DNA of 64,000 nucleotides from Clarias gariepinus (Eukaryota): NCBI RefSeq assembly GCF_024256425.1, contig NC_071110.1, positions 2,599,451 to 2,663,450 of the forward strand, read 5' to 3'. Shown piece by piece: positions 60,800 to 64,000 of this stretch (position 1 is its first letter; each line of letters starts with the position of its first letter). The notes under the pieces were generated by a model. It saw only the letters and a program-made list of their open reading frames with translations, ran no database searches and was not told where the DNA came from. The position numbers and the translations under genes were made by a program.

Positions 60800-61500
60800 T
60801 GAAAGGACAGTTTTAAAACTATGTCTATTATCTCTTACATTACAACTTTAATGATCTCAACCAATCTGGATTCAGTGGCACATTTCACAGAGACTGCTCT
60901 TCTTTTAGTCACTAGGAATCTCCATGATGCTAGATCAGCTAAACTATCATCTGTTTTGATCCTCCTGGACCTGTCAGATGCATTTGACACAGTAAACCAC
61001 ATCAGAGTTACCATCTGTGTAACTCAAGCAGAGTAAAACTGAACTGCTGTTCATCCCTAGCGACTCAAACCCAGTTTAAGACCTTGCAATATCCCTGGAC
61101 AACAATCAGATCACTCCTTCAGCCACTGTCCGAAATCTTGGTGTAACTGAGGCCAATTATCTGTTATTTTCACTACACATTGCTAAATTTACTTGCTTTT
61201 GTCATTTTTTTCTTTACAACATCAGGAGAATCAGCCAATTTCTTTCTTCACAAGCTACTCAGGTGCTTGTTCAGTCTCTTGTTATTTCAAGACTGGACCA
61301 CTGCAACTCACTCCTGGCAGGTCTGCCTCTGTCTACATATTTGTCCAATGCAGCTGATCCAAAATGTTTTTAACCTTCCAAAGTTCTTCCACACTACCCC
61401 ACTTTTCCGCTTCTTGCACTGGCTTGTAGCTGCCCGCATCAAATTTAAAACCCTGGTTCCTGATCCTACCAAGCTAAAAATGGCCCAGTAACCACTTACC
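60800..61500 (+). mobile_element. LINE reverse-transcriptase fragment (…LLDLSDAFDTVNH…).
   Basis: The RT domain-2 motif (LLDLSAAFDTVDH) of L2/RTE-type non-LTR elements. Confidence 0.6.
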
Positions 61501-62135
61501 TCTCAGCTCCAATGACATCACGCACCACACCATGTTTTCTCCAATTCTCCAGCACTGTTCGTCTGGTCCAACCATCTCTCAGGGTTCAAAGAAGACATTC
61601 ATGCAGACTCTTTTCAGTTCCAAGGTGGTGGAATGAATTTCATCTAGATGTCTGTATAGCTGAGTCTTTGACTGTCCTAATCAACAACTCAAGACGTATT
61701 TGTTTCTTCAGTACCATAAATCTCTTTCCCATCTGTGTTTGATTGATGGCACTTAGTTGGTAACCTAGTAACCCGATGTACAGTACGTATCTATCCAATG
61801 ACAAAAACTTCAAACTCATTCAATGTGACAACTTCAATGTGAGCTCTTGTGACAGTTTTGTAAGTCACTCTGGATAAGAGCGTCTGCCAAATGCCTAAAT
61901 GTAAATGTAAATGCTTCACGTCAATGTAACCTGAATTCTCTGGACACTGTTTCACCCTGACACAGCAGATTTAAGCCAGTCATTTAACAGTTTCTTACAA
62001 ACAATCCATTAATACTAACTAGAAATTCACTTATTCATTAAATAATGAGGTTATATCAAATTAAACTTAAATTTATCATTTCATTTATCATAACATTTAT
62101 TATAAATAGAAATTAGATCACAGACAAGTTCTCAC

Positions 62136-62708
62136 CATACTGGTTGAACCAAATGTGTTGCCTGCTTGTTTATCCATCGTACACAAATACAAGTTGAAGC
62201 TTTGGTCAGTATGACAGTGAGTCTCCTTTACTTCATCATGCTGAGAGCAGATCTTCTCTTGGAGATCTGCACAGGCTTCCACTAACTTGTGCTTCTTAAA
62301 GGCAGGAGACTGATAGTGAGGTTTAAGATGATCTTCACAATAGGAGGTCTGACACACGAGGCAGGAATTAACAGCTTTGTGTTTTCTCCCAGTGCAGGAA
62401 TCACACTCCACATCTCCAGGTCCAGCGTAACAGTGAGCAGGAGAAGCAGCTTGGAGTTCAGACTTCTTCAGTTTCTCCACCATTTCACCTAGCGTGTTGT
62501 TCCTGCGTAGATCAGGCCTTGGAGTGAAAGTCTCTCTACACTGGGGACAGCTGTAGACTCTCTTCTGATTTTCCTCATCCCAGAAACGATTAATACACTT
62601 CTTGCAGAAATTGTGACCACAGGGAGTAGTCACTGGAACATTCAGGAGATCCAAACAAACTGGACAGCTGAACTGATCCTGATCTACTGAAATACCTGCC
62701 TCTGACAT
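62136..62708 (-). CDS. finTRIM-like locus 4 RING + B-box exon with a canonical C3HC4 RING ([65 protein letters not shown]…CDSCTGRKHKAVNSCLVCQTSYCEDHL…).
   Basis: All RING ligands present; donor ATG|gtgaga after …GSTSM. The upstream in-frame extension to 62792 runs through a (GAGA)n repeat and is probably not coding. Confidence 0.75.
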
Positions 62709-62733
62709 TTTATGGACTGATACACTGACAATG

Positions 62734-62764
<31 letters not shown>

Positions 62765-62815
62765 AATGCAGCTTATCTAAGAGCTCATCCACTCTGAGGA
62801 TTATGAGTTTCGTTT

Positions 62816-62827
62816 TCTCAGAAATAC
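62816..62827 (-). promoter_or_regulatory. ISRE (GAAAACGAAACT) 5' of locus 4. GGCGTGGCTTTAAAA is at 62883-62898.
   Basis: Exact consensus match. The same two-motif arrangement occurs at loci 1 and 2 and at the truncated fragment. Confidence 0.6.
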
Positions 62828-64000
62828 GCTTCCTGGTTGTGTGTGTGTGTGTACAGTGTGTCAGAGAGCTTGGGCGTGGCTTTAAAACAGGAGGAAGTTA
62901 AGGCTTTAAGGTAAAGGTGTTGGGGTTTTGTCTTTTTGGCATATAAAACTTTGAATTAAATGATTTTTCTTACCACATACTGCAAATTAAAAAAAAGTTT
63001 ACAGAAGCATTTAAACTGTAAGTGAAAAAGAAAAAAAACAAGAAAATGTAAGACAAAAACGGCAAAACATGAAAGGCAGCTTCATAAGGATATAACTAAA
63101 CAAATTATACAAGGGAACCATACTTAAACAAGGGACCATAAAAAAGGAAAAGCTGAGACAAATATAACAGCCATAATAATCTGTTTCGTTTAAGTCCCTA
63201 TCCTGGTCCTAAGTCTTTTTCCCTCTTCTCCTTACATCTCTCTATGATTCATTTGTTCAAGTGAACTCACAGTTCGTTAAGAAAAAAGTCAAATCAAATA
63301 TGAAAAACTGTGTAAAAAAAACAAAACAAATGGATATCCTTTTTTTCTCTACTTTTGACATCCTATTATTCAAAAATAAAAGTAAAAATGGAATTCACTA
63401 CATTCAGGACCTGAGAAGAACACAGGAGAAATTGTGCCAGTCCCAAGGATGACACTCCCAAAAAATGGCTTTTTTCTCTGACATCCACCTAGTGTTATTA
63501 TTATTATTTTGGGTAGTTGGGTAGTTAACGAGTCCCATCTACTCCGTTACATTTACTTGAGTAACTTTTTCAAAAAATGTCCTTATACGAGTAGTTTTAC
63601 TGCACCATACTTTTTACTTTTACTTGAGTAGATTTGTAAAGAAGAAACGCTACTCTTACTCTCCTACACTCGGCTACACTCGACTCGTTACTTTTCTAAC
63701 CAATTGTTCTACATATGTCGCTAGTAGATTTAGCGCCTGTTTCACCAATCAGATGCAGTAACAATAATCACATGACTTCCGTTTAACCAATCAGCCGCGA
63801 TAACAGTAACCATATGTAGTCACATGACCAAACCCAAACTGGCAGCACATGTGCATCCCAGGAATCATATAAAAAGCATGTTTAGCTTGCAGAAGCTATA
63901 TACAGCATCATACTGCGGTGCCTTCTCTATCTGCCAAACAATGTATATACATACTGTATATCCTGTACTACGTGTGTAAAAATGAATTAATAGTTTATTA

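Noticed and set aside
1-64000. Prokaryotic feature types (CRISPR arrays, operons, rho-independent terminators, rRNA).
   Set aside because: Sequence composition, spliced exon structure, SINE/LINE/Tc1 content and microsatellites show a vertebrate genome. No direct-repeat/spacer architecture is present.

Overview
Vertebrate genomic DNA, almost certainly a teleost and most likely zebrafish. This is inferred only from repeat content: DANA-like and tRNA-derived SINEs with the GATAAGAGCGTCTGCCAAATG tail, Tc1 (TDR-type) transposons, L2-like LINE fragments, and fish-specific finTRIM (ftr) genes. It is not prokaryotic: there are no operons, CRISPR arrays, rRNA or bona fide tRNA genes, and the protein-coding signal is split into spliced exons with GT/AG borders. 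Three things dominate the window. (1) On the + strand at 0.6-10.2 kb, exons encode a coiled-coil plus UBX-like region (2.37-3.05 kb) followed by HECT ubiquitin-ligase domain exons (3.73-10.19 kb) that end in the catalytic-Cys exon. One HECT exon carries an in-frame TAG. (2) On the - strand at 11.3-13.8 kb, a 4-exon gene encodes a helix-turn-helix N-terminus plus a retroviral-type (rve, D-D-E) integrase core. Its start codon abuts a ~43-bp-period tandem array rich in AGATATCT and ACTAGTCA palindromes. The same array family also lies immediately upstream of the + strand gene at 1-540. (3) A tandem cluster of finTRIM-like genes (RING-B-box, coiled coil, B30.2/PRY-SPRY) lies on the - strand from 16.9 to 62.8 kb. 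It was built by ~11 kb segmental duplications: four loci plus a truncated fragment, and several copies carry lesions. Two share a RING whose zinc ligands are replaced, one has a 1-bp frameshift, and one has lost an exon and a splice acceptor. Three loci and the truncated fragment have a perfect ISRE (GAAAACGAAACT) just 5' of the ATG, next to a shared GGCGTGGCTTTAAAA motif. Also present are a full-length but frameshifted Tc1 element, nested TEs, a 1.36-kb 20-mer minisatellite with higher-order structure, and two perfect long inverted-repeat (MITE/hairpin-like) structures. All coordinates are hand-derived and may be off by a few nucleotides.
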